DNA of 64,000 nucleotides from assembly GCA_012960975.1 (NCBI GenBank), contig DUAE01000028.1, positions 17,927 through 81,926 on the forward strand. The letters run 5' to 3'. Source of the stretch: Candidatus Poseidoniales archaeon (GTDB taxonomy: Archaea; Thermoplasmatota; Poseidoniia; Poseidoniales; Thalassarchaeaceae). The position numbers and the translations under genes are program-made. The notes under the pieces were generated by a model. It searched no databases, had not been told where the DNA came from, and worked only from the letters and a program-made list of their open reading frames with translations. Shown piece after piece: positions 45,633 to 56,300 of the stretch; the first letter of the stretch is position 1; every line of letters begins with the position of its first letter.

Positions 45633-47648
45633 TTAACGACTGAACAGTTCCTCTATCTCTACTCCTGTCCGAGTATTGAGTACATCTTTGGCTGCAAGCC
45701 AGCCTTTTCTGGCCATCTGAACACCAAACCAAACATCTTGCAACCCATCGGTATCATGAGCGTCTGGATTAATACAAACCGGAACACCTTGATCCCTCGC
45801 ATATTTACAAAGTCGCCAATCTAAGTCAAGCCGATAAGGCGATGCGTTAATTTCCACCGCCTTCAATTCACCTTCTGAATTCAACTCCCCCATCCTTCGC
45901 AAAACAGCGTGCATATCTACAGGGAAACCTTCTCTGCCTTGTAATATTCTACCAGTTGGATGGCCAAGTATCGTGAAAGTAGGATCTTCAACTGCATTAA
46001 TCAACGCTTCAGTATTTGTAATTTCATCGCGGTTGCGCCAACTTCCGAGAGCGTGAACACTTCCGACGACATGAGAAAGAGAGCGACGAGTTTCGTTAGG
46101 ATAATCGAGGCGACCATCGGTCAAAATATCACATTCTGAGCCATGAAATAATCTGAAGTCAATACCATTGTCACGCCAATTTTCATTTAATGCAGAAATT
46201 TTTGCAGCCTGATCTAGAATCCCTTCTCGCGGGATTCCAATCTGCCGGCCACCTATATTCAACACTTCAGAGTGATCGGCAATACCAAGATATTCCCAAC
46301 CTAATGATTGAGCAGCAGCGGCCATTTCTTCCAAGGTATTGACACCGTCTGATGCAATTGTATGATTGTGGAATGCGCCTCGTAAATCACTTGGCTCAAT
46401 TAGATGAGGAAGACCTTTTTTTCCAATTTGAGCAGCCTCAATTTCACCCATATCTTCGCGCATTTCCGGCGTCACCCAATTCATGCCTAAATGTGCATAT
46501 ATTTCGGACTCATCTGAGCATAAAAGTGTGTGCTGAGCAGCATCCATACCTATCAATTCACCAGCTAATTTTTCAGGTATCAAGCCAAACTCATTCAAAC
46601 GAAGTCCTTTGTCTATCGCGGTTTGACGCATACGAATGTTATGTTCTTTTGAACCAGTAAAATATGCAAGAGTGAATGGAAAGGTTTCAGGTGGGACGAT
46701 TCGTACTTGAGCGTCGATAGTAGCATCACTACTCCTTTCTTTGAGAGTCTCAGCGAGTTGAACATCGACGCTACCACTACCTGTTCCAGCAGCGAGCATA
46801 TCTTGCTCAAGAATCAAACTGACCTTTGAGTTTCCATATCCTTTGACTTCAGCAATCCCTGGAAATGCAAGAATGGTGGCAATTACTTCTTCATGATCTT
46901 CAGTATTAGCTGCAACTACAATATCGAGATCGCCAATAGTTTCCCTTCGACGACGAGCACTACCGGCCAAATCCGCTTTTATCACCCCAGGAATTGCTGA
47001 AATTCGTTCTTCAAGTGCTTGTCCAAATACTAATCCCACATCCATTCGGCTCCGACCTTGGTATCGCCGCAGCAACTCGATTCCGGTGAGATATTTTTCT
47101 TGGCTCTTCTCACCGAATCCTACGAGAGGAGAAACGTGCCCCATCTCACAAGCAATTTTCAACGATTCAACAGAATCAATACCTAATTCTTCGTGTAAAA
47201 TACGTGCGCGTTTCGGCCCTAAACCAGGAATCCCGACGATTTCAATTAAGCCAGGAGGTACACGGTCAAATAACTCAGCTAAACTACCCCAGGTGCCTTC
47301 CATCACAGATTCGGTAATCAGACTACCAATTCCTTTTCCGATACCTTTAACTTCGGTAATTCGATTTTCTGAAACTACAGAAAAAAGATCTTCCTCCATC
47401 GAAGCCAAGGTTCGACTACCATTTTGATACGCACGAACTCGAAATCCATTTGCACCTGTTAATTCGAGAAGAACTCCAACTTGTTCTAGAACATTTACGA
47501 GTTGAGTTTTGGTAACGAAAGGCGGGCCATTTAACCTCGCCTTGGGCAAACTCCAACCTGCGACCTTGACCACAGTACGAGACGAGAGTAAGGGGTTTTG
47601 AACTTCTCGATAGCCATGTTCAATAATTTCACTCCCCAACCTAGACAA
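45633..47648 (-). CDS. polX: Family X DNA polymerase with C-terminal PHP phosphoesterase domain
   Basis: GANGFRVRAYQNGSRTL, HhH GIGKGIG / GLGPKRA, GSARRRRETIGDLDIVV, and PHP motifs HNHTIASDG and DAHD. The ORF opens with TTG at 47648; the true start may be an internal GTG (VTKTQLVNVLEQ...). Confidence 0.9.
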   Translation of the reverse strand: MSRLGSEIIEHGYREVQNPLLSSRTVVKVAGWSLPKARLNGPPFVTKTQLVNVLEQVGVLLELTGANGFRVRAYQNGSRTLASMEEDLFSVVSENRITEVKGIGKGIGSLITESVMEGTWGSLAELFDRVPPGLIEIVGIPGLGPKRARILHEELGIDSVESLKIACEMGHVSPLVGFGEKSQEKYLTGIELLRRYQGRSRMDVGLVFGQALEERISAIPGVIKADLAGSARRRRETIGDLDIVVAANTEDHEEVIATILAFPGIAEVKGYGNSKVSLILEQDMLAAGTGSGSVDVQLAETLKERSSDATIDAQVRIVPPETFPFTLAYFTGSKEHNIRMRQTAIDKGLRLNEFGLIPEKLAGELIGMDAAQHTLLCSDESEIYAHLGMNWVTPEMREDMGEIEAAQIGKKGLPHLIEPSDLRGAFHNHTIASDGVNTLEEMAAAAQSLGWEYLGIADHSEVLNIGGRQIGIPREGILDQAAKISALNENWRDNGIDFRLFHGSECDILTDGRLDYPNETRRSLSHVVGSVHALGSWRNRDEITNTEALINAVEDPTFTILGHPTGRILQGREGFPVDMHAVLRRMGELNSEGELKAVEINASPYRLDLDWRLCKYARDQGVPVCINPDAHDTDGLQDVWFGVQMARKGWLAAKDVLNTRTGVEIEELFSR

Positions 47649-47670
47649 ACAACAACCTTACCCGACGGTC

Positions 47671-48033
47671 ATGGATATCGTCCCCTTTCTTGAAAGTGCT
47701 TCGGTTTCCTTATGTGGTATCGCCACACTTCTCTGGATGGCTATCGGCACCTTCGCCCGCAGTGAGGCGGGCGAGAATTTCGCACAACGCCTAATTGCAG
47801 CGCTGTGCGTAATTTCTGCAATCATGCTATTCACTCTCCATGGCCTTGGTGGAGAATTGTGGGGATCAACAAATGTTGCCCGACCACTGGCATTAATTGC
47901 AGTCATCGTCGCGATAAGTGGTATGTTAAATATCAAAGGAAAGGATGTGCAAGGAGAGGCTAATCCCCATCAAATCATGAAATTAAGAGCTGCAGAGACT
48001 GAAGCAGAGGCTGAAAATCTTAAAGAAAATTAG
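47671..48033 (+). CDS. Hypothetical 3-TM membrane protein
   Basis: 120 aa with three hydrophobic spans and a charged C-terminal helix (KLRAAETEAEAENLKEN). Confidence 0.4.
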   Translation: MDIVPFLESASVSLCGIATLLWMAIGTFARSEAGENFAQRLIAALCVISAIMLFTLHGLGGELWGSTNVARPLALIAVIVAISGMLNIKGKDVQGEANPHQIMKLRAAETEAEAENLKEN

Positions 48034-48045
48034 TATGAATAATTA

Positions 48046-48321
48046 TTAATCGGAATTGAGCTTATCATCGATAAATGCTCGCATATAAGCTGGTAATTCA
48101 CCATTCTGGAAAATTACGTCGTTGACCACATCTAGTTTCATCAAAGAATAATAAATTTGCATTGCAGTCATTGGTGTCGAACTGCAACCGGTGCATCCAC
48201 CTTCTAGTGAAATAATAATAATTCCATCCGTAGTATCGACAACATTGACGATTCCGTCATGCGCATCGAGGATTGCCTGAACAGGCCCTACAGAATCCAA
48301 AATTAATTGCTCGTCGACCAT
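48046..48321 (-). CDS. NifU C-terminal-domain-like Fe-S cluster protein
   Basis: 91 aa. DGIVNVVDTTDGIIIISLEGGCTGCSS matches dGG.v.lv....g.v.v.l.G.C.gC. Confidence 0.7.
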   Translation of the reverse strand: MVDEQLILDSVGPVQAILDAHDGIVNVVDTTDGIIIISLEGGCTGCSSTPMTAMQIYYSLMKLDVVNDVIFQNGELPAYMRAFIDDKLNSD

Positions 48322-48389
48322 TCTAAGACATCCCTGTAGTACCCCGTCGGAGACGAGAGGTAATGAACCTGAGGCTGTATGAAGTTGCT

Positions 48390-49283
48390 ATGGCAGGTTG
48401 TATTCGTGTGCTTCTTATCGATTTATTAGCTGAGCGTGCTACTTTTGGACATGGAGGAAATCAAGAGGTTGTTCGACCTCTTGCAGCAGCGGGCGATGTC
48501 GAAGTTTTACTTGTCACTCCTCAATACCAATCTATTGAATCTAGTAATCAATCAGTTGCCGGAGAAGTTAATTTAACCGAAGTGGATGTACCTGATTGGG
48601 ATGATGATTATCCATTTTGGCAATCAACTGAGGTTGAACTAGAAGGCAGAATAGTAACTTTTCGACGAATCGTGATGCCGATGCACGAAGATCAAGAGAG
48701 AATGAAATCGTGGCTGGCGAAAATCAAAATAGATGCACTCGTCTGTTCCGGTTCACGTCGAAATGTCAGCATCTGGGAAGAATGGATGGGCCCTGCTGGA
48801 ACGCTGATGCGGAGTTCTGCCCAATCAGGGATTCCAACTCTAGGAATATGCTTCGGCCACCAATTACTCTGTCACACATTAGGTTCGACAATTGAAAGAG
48901 CTGATTCACTTTCAAGTGGAATTTGGGAGATTGACTTGACAGAAAAAGGGGATTCTGACGAATTATTGACTAGTCATCGATGTAATAATATTGCAATTGC
49001 TGGACTATTTACTCACCAAGACCATGTTGTCACGGTTCCAAAAAACTGCACCTTGCTCTCAACGACATCACACAATAAGGTCACAGCGGTCAGAGTCAAC
49101 GATTCTTTGGGTAACGCCCTACCTGCTTGGGGTATTCAATTTCATCCTGAAGCAGCGAAAGCGCGCATCGAACGCGCTTTCGAATGGGGACACATCACAG
49201 CAGAGGAACATTTGGCATTCAAAGGGGAACATGATGGAGCTGGAATTTTGGCTTCATTCGCCTCAATCATTCTCAATCAATAA
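48390..49283 (+). CDS. Class I glutamine amidotransferase-like protein
   Basis: Nucleophile elbow GICFGHQLL and GIQFHPE. The ORF opens at 48363; ATG 48390 gives MAGCIRVLLID. Confidence 0.75.
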   Translation: MAGCIRVLLIDLLAERATFGHGGNQEVVRPLAAAGDVEVLLVTPQYQSIESSNQSVAGEVNLTEVDVPDWDDDYPFWQSTEVELEGRIVTFRRIVMPMHEDQERMKSWLAKIKIDALVCSGSRRNVSIWEEWMGPAGTLMRSSAQSGIPTLGICFGHQLLCHTLGSTIERADSLSSGIWEIDLTEKGDSDELLTSHRCNNIAIAGLFTHQDHVVTVPKNCTLLSTTSHNKVTAVRVNDSLGNALPAWGIQFHPEAAKARIERAFEWGHITAEEHLAFKGEHDGAGILASFASIILNQ

Positions 49284-49345
49284 TCTTGATTGGAATGGAA
49301 TAGTAATTCTACACGCCCCATAGGGGCGGGATAATTGCATTCCGA

Positions 49346-49351
49346 TTATAA
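49346..49351 (+). promoter_or_regulatory. Putative TATA box of hppA
   Basis: gaTTATAAGGGGg lies about 40 nt upstream of ATG 49390. It has the same TTATAAGGG core as the tbp promoter. A GGTGA SD lies 5 nt before the ATG. Confidence 0.4.
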
Positions 49352-49389
49352 GGGGGCCTTGGGTCGGCGGGACGATATAGGTGAATACC

Positions 49390-51441
49390 ATGATGGACAA
49401 TATACCACTGATTGCAGCAGGAGCAGGTCTCTTCGGACTAGTAATTGCTATGATTCTATACAAGAAAGTTAACAGCATTGAAATAGACAACCCTAAGGTT
49501 GCCGAGATTACAGAAGAAATTCAAAACGGAGCAATGGCCTTCCTCTTTGCAGAATACAAGGTCTTAGCAATTTTCGTAGTTGTTGTTGGTGCGCTATTAG
49601 TACCGCTCAATGATAACAACCCAGACACAGCAATTGCATTCTTTGCAGGTGCAATCGCTTCAGTTCTAGCAGGATTCTCAGGAATGCGCTCTGCAACTTC
49701 CGCTAATGGAAGAACTGCAATGGCTGCAAAGAATGGCGGTCAATCTGCTGCATTAGAGGTTTCATACAATGGTGGCGCAGTCATGGGCCTTTCAGTAGGT
49801 GGACTTGGTCTTCTCGGTATTTCCTTAGTTGCATACTGGCTTGACGCTGGTAGTGCAACTGCAGACCTTTCTGCGGCTGCAGGATTCGGTATGGGTGCTT
49901 CATCCATCGCTCTATTCGCTCGTGTTGGTGGTGGAATTTACACAAAGGCTGCTGACGTTGGTGCTGACTTAGTCGGTAAGGTTGAGGCTGGTATTCCAGA
50001 AGATGACCCGCGAAATCCTGGTGTTATTGCAGATAACGTCGGAGACAATGTAGGTGATGTCGCTGGAATGGGTGCTGATATCTTCGAATCATTCGTTGGT
50101 TCTATCATCGCAGCAATGATTATTGCTTCAAGCTTTGATGAAACAGTAAAGGCAGATTACATTCTATTGCCTATTCTATTAGGTCTAATTGGTTATGTTG
50201 CATCTATCATCGGTGTGTTCTCAATGACTATTCTAAAGAATGGAAGCAATCCAGCAGCAGCACTTCGTAACACGACCTTCATCGCAGCAATTCTATTCGT
50301 TATCGGTGGATACTTATCTATCAAGCAAGGAATTATTGACGTCGAATATGGCGTAATGCATTCCGTTGTACTTGGAAGCGCTGTAGGTATTCTAATCGGA
50401 TTGGTTACTGAATACTATACAGGAATTGAACCAGTCTTTGGAATTAAGACAAAGGCTATTTCACATATTGGCCAGATGTCTCAAACCGGACCAGCAACAA
50501 ATGCTATCGCAGGACTTTCCGTTGGAATGATGTCTACATTCATCCCTGTACTATTAATCGCAGCAGGCATCTATGGAGCAAATGAATTCGGAGGAGAAAC
50601 ATATGGATTATACTCTATTGCAATGGCTGCAATGGGTATGCTAGCAACAGTCGGTGTTACTATGACAGTAGATGCATACGGACCAGTTGCTGACAATGCC
50701 GGTGGAATCGCAGAGATGTGTGCACTTGGTGATGATGTCCGTAAGATCACTGACGAACTTGATTCAATCGGAAATACTACCGCTGCAGTCGGAAAGGGAT
50801 TCGCTATTGGTTCAGCAGCACTAACTGCTCTTGCATTATTCGCAGCATATACCACAGCGGTTGGAGATATTGAATTATCTCTTACCAACCCAATAGTAGT
50901 AATCGGAATTCTAATCGGTGGCTCTCTACCATTCGTAGTAGCGGCAATGACCATGACCTCAGTCGGAAAGGCTGCTGGAGAAATGGTTGAAGAAATCCGC
51001 AGGCAATTCCGTGAAATTGATGGATTACTAGAAGGTCGAGAAGGTGTTAAGCCTGATTCACAAAAGTGTGTTGACATTTCAACAAAGGCTGCTCTACGCG
51101 AGATGGTTGGACCAGGTATTGTTGCAATAACTGCTCCAGTAATCGTTGGAGTTGTACTCGGTGCAGAAGCACTCGGTGGACTTCTTGCAGGTTCTCTTGT
51201 TACAGGTGTTTTGATGGCTCTATTCATGGCTAACGCTGGTGGTGCTTGGGATAACGCAAAGAAAGCGATTGAACAAGGACACATTGAAGGCGCTCAGAAG
51301 GGAGATTCAGCTCATGATGCAGCAATTATCGGAGATACTATCGGTGACCCATTCAAGGATACCTCTGGACCATCTCTAAACATTCTAATCAAGTTGATGG
51401 CAATTGTCGCAGTAGTTCTTGCTGGTACAAATGTACTTTGA
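49390..51441 (+). CDS. hppA: Membrane-bound H+/Na+-translocating pyrophosphatase
   Basis: Motifs: [51 protein letters not shown] and [15 protein letters not shown]. The track starts it at GTG 49381; ATG 49390 is preceded by GGTGA. Confidence 0.96.
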   Translation: MMDNIPLIAAGAGLFGLVIAMILYKKVNSIEIDNPKVAEITEEIQNGAMAFLFAEYKVLAIFVVVVGALLVPLNDNNPDTAIAFFAGAIASVLAGFSGMRSATSANGRTAMAAKNGGQSAALEVSYNGGAVMGLSVGGLGLLGISLVAYWLDAGSATADLSAAAGFGMGASSIALFARVGGGIYTKAADVGADLVGKVEAGIPEDDPRNPGVIADNVGDNVGDVAGMGADIFESFVGSIIAAMIIASSFDETVKADYILLPILLGLIGYVASIIGVFSMTILKNGSNPAAALRNTTFIAAILFVIGGYLSIKQGIIDVEYGVMHSVVLGSAVGILIGLVTEYYTGIEPVFGIKTKAISHIGQMSQTGPATNAIAGLSVGMMSTFIPVLLIAAGIYGANEFGGETYGLYSIAMAAMGMLATVGVTMTVDAYGPVADNAGGIAEMCALGDDVRKITDELDSIGNTTAAVGKGFAIGSAALTALALFAAYTTAVGDIELSLTNPIVVIGILIGGSLPFVVAAMTMTSVGKAAGEMVEEIRRQFREIDGLLEGREGVKPDSQKCVDISTKAALREMVGPGIVAITAPVIVGVVLGAEALGGLLAGSLVTGVLMALFMANAGGAWDNAKKAIEQGHIEGAQKGDSAHDAAIIGDTIGDPFKDTSGPSLNILIKLMAIVAVVLAGTNVL

Positions 51442-51504
51442 ACTTGAAAAAGTGTTCAAAATCATGAGCGTCAGCCTCTTGACTGTGTGACGAGAGGGTT
51501 AACC

Positions 51505-52470
51505 ATGCGGAATGCATACGTGCTAGGTTTGGTCACCCTCTTGTTGGCAACAACATTGGCAGGATGCACGGGAATTACCGGAGGAAATGGTGGCGATTCT
51601 GCAAATTCATCCCTAAATGTGCCAATATGGGAAATCGGTGAGAATTGGCTCTACACATTTTCAACCCCTGAATACAGTGATGACATCGCTCGGCTTGTTG
51701 TTGCAACAGTCGACGAAGAAGATGGCGGTACAGCCTATATGCTCGGAATTTCAAGCCTCACCGAAGCTCGACGACATGCCGTTTTGAACCATAATCCATT
51801 CCTTGGTAGAATTACTCATGGAAATTTGAGCGCCTACGAAAATGGTGAACCCCAGCAAGTTCTACAATTTCCTCTCAAGCAAAACTCTGCATGGGAATTC
51901 ACACTTTTTTCTATTGGATGGAACGCGGTAGTAATTTCAGCAGATAGCGATTCAGCCGCAATCAGAGCAACGTCAAGTGATGGCCAGAGTCTAGACTATG
52001 CCTATGACTCTGAAATCAAATTCTTTTCTTCGTTTGTTTGGACTGACGCAGCAGGAATTGAACAATTACGCATGATATATGCTGACCATGATATTGGTTA
52101 CTCTGGAGATGTTTATTTCGTCCGAGGTGGAGATATTTACACCAATACTTGGGATAATTCAGGACCGAATGCAGAAATTCGCGACACGTTTTTCGTTAGT
52201 GGGCATCCAAAAGATGGCGAATGGGATGAGATGATTTACTTCCTCGACGCATCTTGTGGTGGTGGTTCATCCTCACTAACTCTGACTTTACGCGATCATT
52301 CCTCACTTTCGTTGCTCGAACGTGCGATGGGGCCGGGGTCAGAAGAAATGGGCACGCTCGGTACAATTTCTTATCCTACACAGGAATATACACTCACACT
52401 TACATTCACTGGAACAACTCACCTACGACTAATACTCGCTGGTGGTATTACCTACTCATGGACTCTGTGA
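51505..52470 (+). CDS. Hypothetical exported lipoprotein
   Basis: MRNAYVLGLVTLLLATTLAGCTG is a signal peptide plus lipobox. I recognise no other motif. Confidence 0.45.
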   Translation: MRNAYVLGLVTLLLATTLAGCTGITGGNGGDSANSSLNVPIWEIGENWLYTFSTPEYSDDIARLVVATVDEEDGGTAYMLGISSLTEARRHAVLNHNPFLGRITHGNLSAYENGEPQQVLQFPLKQNSAWEFTLFSIGWNAVVISADSDSAAIRATSSDGQSLDYAYDSEIKFFSSFVWTDAAGIEQLRMIYADHDIGYSGDVYFVRGGDIYTNTWDNSGPNAEIRDTFFVSGHPKDGEWDEMIYFLDASCGGGSSSLTLTLRDHSSLSLLERAMGPGSEEMGTLGTISYPTQEYTLTLTFTGTTHLRLILAGGITYSWTL

Positions 52471-52479
52471 GTTGTTAGG

Positions 52480-53070
52480 ATGTCCGGCACCCTCGTAATG
52501 CTTCATGGTATGACAGGGACATCTGCAAAGATGCAGCCGTTGGCAGACCAAATTGTTCCCAGTGGCTGGAAAATCCTATGTCCGCAGGCTATTGTACCAC
52601 ATCCGACGAAGGGGGGATTTGCTTGGTGGTTACGAGGGAGAAATCCTGTTGAGCCACTTGATGATGTCGCTCAAAGTGAACTATTGATTTCGGTTGAGCG
52701 AGTAATTTCGGAATTACCGGATGGTCCCTTGATTATCGGTGGATTTTCTCAAGGCGGTGCGGTCGCTTCTGCGATGTTGGAATATGAGATTCAAGAGAGA
52801 ATTATTGGTTTAGTTTTACTTGGGACAAAATCTGGAAGACCGAATCAATTGGCTGAATCATTGGCATTTCTGAAGAAGCGACCAATCGTTTGGATGCATG
52901 GCCGACGAGACCATCTGGTACCGCTGGAACAAGGGATTGAACATGCTGAGATTTTCGAGGAGGCAAAATGGCCGGTTACTCGCCTCGAACATGAAAAAGG
53001 CCACATGGTTAATCTGAATCAATTGGATGAATTGCAAATTGCCATCGAAAAAATGGCTAAAACGGGTTGA
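52480..53070 (+). CDS. Alpha/beta hydrolase, phospholipase/carboxylesterase family
   Basis: 196 aa. Nucleophile elbow GFSQGGA with a HG...D...H arrangement typical of PF02230-like esterases. Confidence 0.7.
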   Translation: MSGTLVMLHGMTGTSAKMQPLADQIVPSGWKILCPQAIVPHPTKGGFAWWLRGRNPVEPLDDVAQSELLISVERVISELPDGPLIIGGFSQGGAVASAMLEYEIQERIIGLVLLGTKSGRPNQLAESLAFLKKRPIVWMHGRRDHLVPLEQGIEHAEIFEEAKWPVTRLEHEKGHMVNLNQLDELQIAIEKMAKTG

Positions 53071-53071
53071 T

Positions 53072-53332
53072 TCATTTCAGATAACGTTGTAAATGATCTG
53101 AACCACCTACGAAAATTGGCGTATCTTCTCTCAGGTCAAAAATCACTGGAACAGTACGATGTCCGGTTTCATTGACAACAATCGATCTCCATTCGGGGTC
53201 GGTATCGAAATTGATTTCAGTGAAACTCATTCTTTTTCCATTTAACTGCCCCTTTGCCATGCTGCAATAAGGGCAAAATGTTGATCTAAATACCAAAAAA
53301 TCCGTTTTAGTTTCATTGAGTAATTGATGCAA
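53072..53332 (-). CDS. Glutaredoxin-like protein (CPYC)
   Basis: VFRSTFCPYCSMAK...TVPVIF...IFVGGSDHL is the Grx fold signature. The longest ORF reaches 53437. TTG at 53332 gives about 86 aa and a 20-nt overlap with the upstream gene. Confidence 0.7.
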   Translation of the reverse strand: MHQLLNETKTDFLVFRSTFCPYCSMAKGQLNGKRMSFTEINFDTDPEWRSIVVNETGHRTVPVIFDLREDTPIFVGGSDHLQRYLK

Positions 53333-56300
53333 TTTCTCCAAAGTCTTCCACCTCCAAAATAGCGTCGAGGGTCGGCTCTTCTCCACCCTCGTCATCATCG
53401 TTGTCAAACCGACCTTCAAGAACCCTATCAGTCTCATCAGGGTCGATGAATAATAGAAGGAAGACGGTTGCTAAAGTCAGTGCCGCACCGATATACAACG
53501 CTGTGATATAATCGAAGCGTTGAATCATTTCACCGGCGAACAAGTAAGCAATTACCGCCGAGAAATTAAACATCGACATATAGGCTGTAAATTGAGTTCC
53601 ACCGGCCTTGCTGTATGTCAACCTCATCGAAACTGCAATTATACAAATCCAGGCAATGCCTGTGAATATTGCTCGTGTACAAAGATAAATCGTCATCACC
53701 AATGTATTAGTCCAATAATCGGTGAGTAAGGCTAGTCCTGCATTTCCGAGAGCGAGCGAGGTAAATCCAAGCATGGCGATTTCACGAACCCCATATCTAT
53801 CTCCAAGAATGCCACCTATTATTTGGCCGAACATTATGAAGAGAATTACAATACCTCCCATAATAGCGTTATATTTTGTTTGAGACCAACCCGCCTCGTT
53901 GATGAAAATATCAATGACGATGGGGTCGGTGAAAACGTATAACTCAGATAATAAACAAAGGAAAATTAACAAGAATGAAGATCTAGTCGAAAATCCTTGA
54001 ATAATGTGATATGCAGTAGTAGACATTGTTTTCTTTGAAGATTTAGTTGTGAAGAAGAAAACATTTGGAACACGGCCAAGAGACAAACCAACCTTTTCTA
54101 GCAACAGAATTATGACTGAAATCCCCATCAAAATTTTCCCTATGGAACTGAATGGCGAACCTATATTTCCAAGAAACTCGCTTGCAGTTACAACCTTCAT
54201 GATGTTGAAAGCCCCCCCGATTAGCAATGCAATAATTGCAGTCCACAATAATAGTGCAGCTGGGTGAATTCGCTCTTCATAGAGATTTATTGCAACCCAC
54301 TTAGCAGTTCTAAATCTTGAATCATTACTCTCTTCCCACACTAGTAATTCATCTTCTTCGGAATCATCTTCTTCATTCTGCCAATTGTTAATGGTGTGGT
54401 CAACCTTGTCCCATGGGAATAATCGATCACCATCTTTTTCTCGCAAAAATAACGGCATCATCATGATTAGTAATAAAAGTGGAAGTTGAACCATTATCGC
54501 AGATTTAATACCAAAAGGAACTACTAGCATCCCGAGGATTGCTCCTCCAAAGATAATTCCACCTCGCTTGGCGGCAAACATGAAACCATTAGCTTTTGCA
54601 ACTTCATCTGGTTGTAAAATATCAACGGCTAATGCATCCACACTCACATCCTGAAGTGAAGAGAATAGATTATGGATAAACAATAATATTGTCACCAGTG
54701 CAATGGATTCATTGAGATTTGGAACGAAAAGGAGGGTCGCGAGGGAGATGACCATTCCAGATTGTGCAAAAAGAATCCATGGTCTTCTAATTCCATAAGC
54801 AGGGAATCTTATGACATCAATCACTGGACCCCAGATGAATTTGAATGTCCATGGTAGTGCAATAGTTGCGAAGAGAATTGCGATTTCTGCGGGAGTAGTT
54901 CCGTTTTCGACCAAGTATGCTACAAAGGCGACATAAGTGAATCCAGATGGTAATCCTTGAGCGACATATAGAATACAGAGCGAGATAAATCTGCGTACTT
55001 TATTTTCTGCTAATGAATTACCAGCTTTCCATGTTGTTTTCAATTCTGAAACAGAATTCTTGAGTTCTGAAGGATGCAGTGCACGTATTCCAAGTCCTTT
55101 TTCATCATCTGAATTATTTGAGTGAGGAGACCTAAACTTGTCAATCCATCTTTCATTAATCGAGATATAGGTCAATAAACCGAGAACTATTAAGAATGGG
55201 AAAAAGAAAATATATGAGCCAATAGAGGTCAAATCTCCGCTTTGACCTAAACCTGAACTCACAGCATCGACAAGGATTACCCTTCGGGCATCAACCGGCG
55301 AAATGCTGTCTTCGGAAACTACTATCCGTGCATAAATGGTGGTATTTCCAGACTGTTGATGAGGGTCTAATTTGACTCTCCATGTTGACCAATCTCCGGA
55401 TTTAGATAAATCAGCTGCACCCTTCCATTCCCCGCCGCCAACACGCACCTCGACGAGCCCTGAACCTGGAATCACTCCGGAAGCTATTCCCGAAATGTAC
55501 GATTCGTTACCAATTTCATCCATCGTTTCAATGTCCATACTGATATTGAGTGAACGATCGATACTTCCTGCTGCTTCGACAAATGCGAGTGGGTTGGCCT
55601 GACCATAACCGAATTCATTGTCAGGTCGGCTCTCAAGCAAACTGCAATCATTCAAACCGGGATCACCGCCGATTGAAATATCCCTTTCAATCGAATGTAC
55701 AGAGACAATTTCTTTGAAATCAGCATGGGTCAAATCAGGGTTTGCCTCGACCATTAAAGCCGCAATACCTGCCATCAGAGGAGTTGCCATACTGGTTCCG
55801 GATTTACTTGTATAACCATCTTGAGTTGCAGCATCTGGAGCCATAATGTTAGAGCCAATTGTAGAAACATCTGGCTTGACTCGACCGTCCGAAGTGTATC
55901 CTCGACTCGAGTAAATCGCTAATTCAAGATTTTTATCCAGTGAAGCAACAGTTACAGGAAGTTGAGCATCGCCTGGGCTATCGATCGTATTACAACCAGC
56001 GAAAGTTACGCCACCAAATTCATTTCCAGCAGACAAAGTGGTGATAATTCCAGAATCAGCAACCGCATCCATCTGGCGACTCCAAGCGCTAGAGCCGTCA
56101 TTGTCGAAATGAACCTCAAATTGTTGCTCACCAAGCGATGAAGTGAGAATATCAATCTCTAGACGATCTTTATTGTCAATTGCCCATTGTGCACCTTCGA
56201 TGATATCTTCGATATCTCCTTCACAACATGCGAGGATATTGATTATCCAAGCACCGGGGGCAGCACCAATGTATCGAGAACCATCCGCTGCAGTCTGCCC

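Noticed and set aside
49314-49328. The CGCCCC-ATA-GGGGCG hairpin between the GATase-like gene and hppA. I considered it as a small RNA or terminator.
   Set aside because: It is only a 6-bp stem with no following oligo-T tract and no further structure. There is not enough evidence to call a terminator or ncRNA.
50571-51284. A 237-aa minus-strand ORF (rich in Ala, Pro, Ser and Thr) inside hppA.
   Set aside because: It is antisense to the strongly supported pyrophosphatase CDS. It has low-complexity composition typical of a shadow ORF opposite a Gly/Ala/Val-rich membrane protein, and no recognisable motif.
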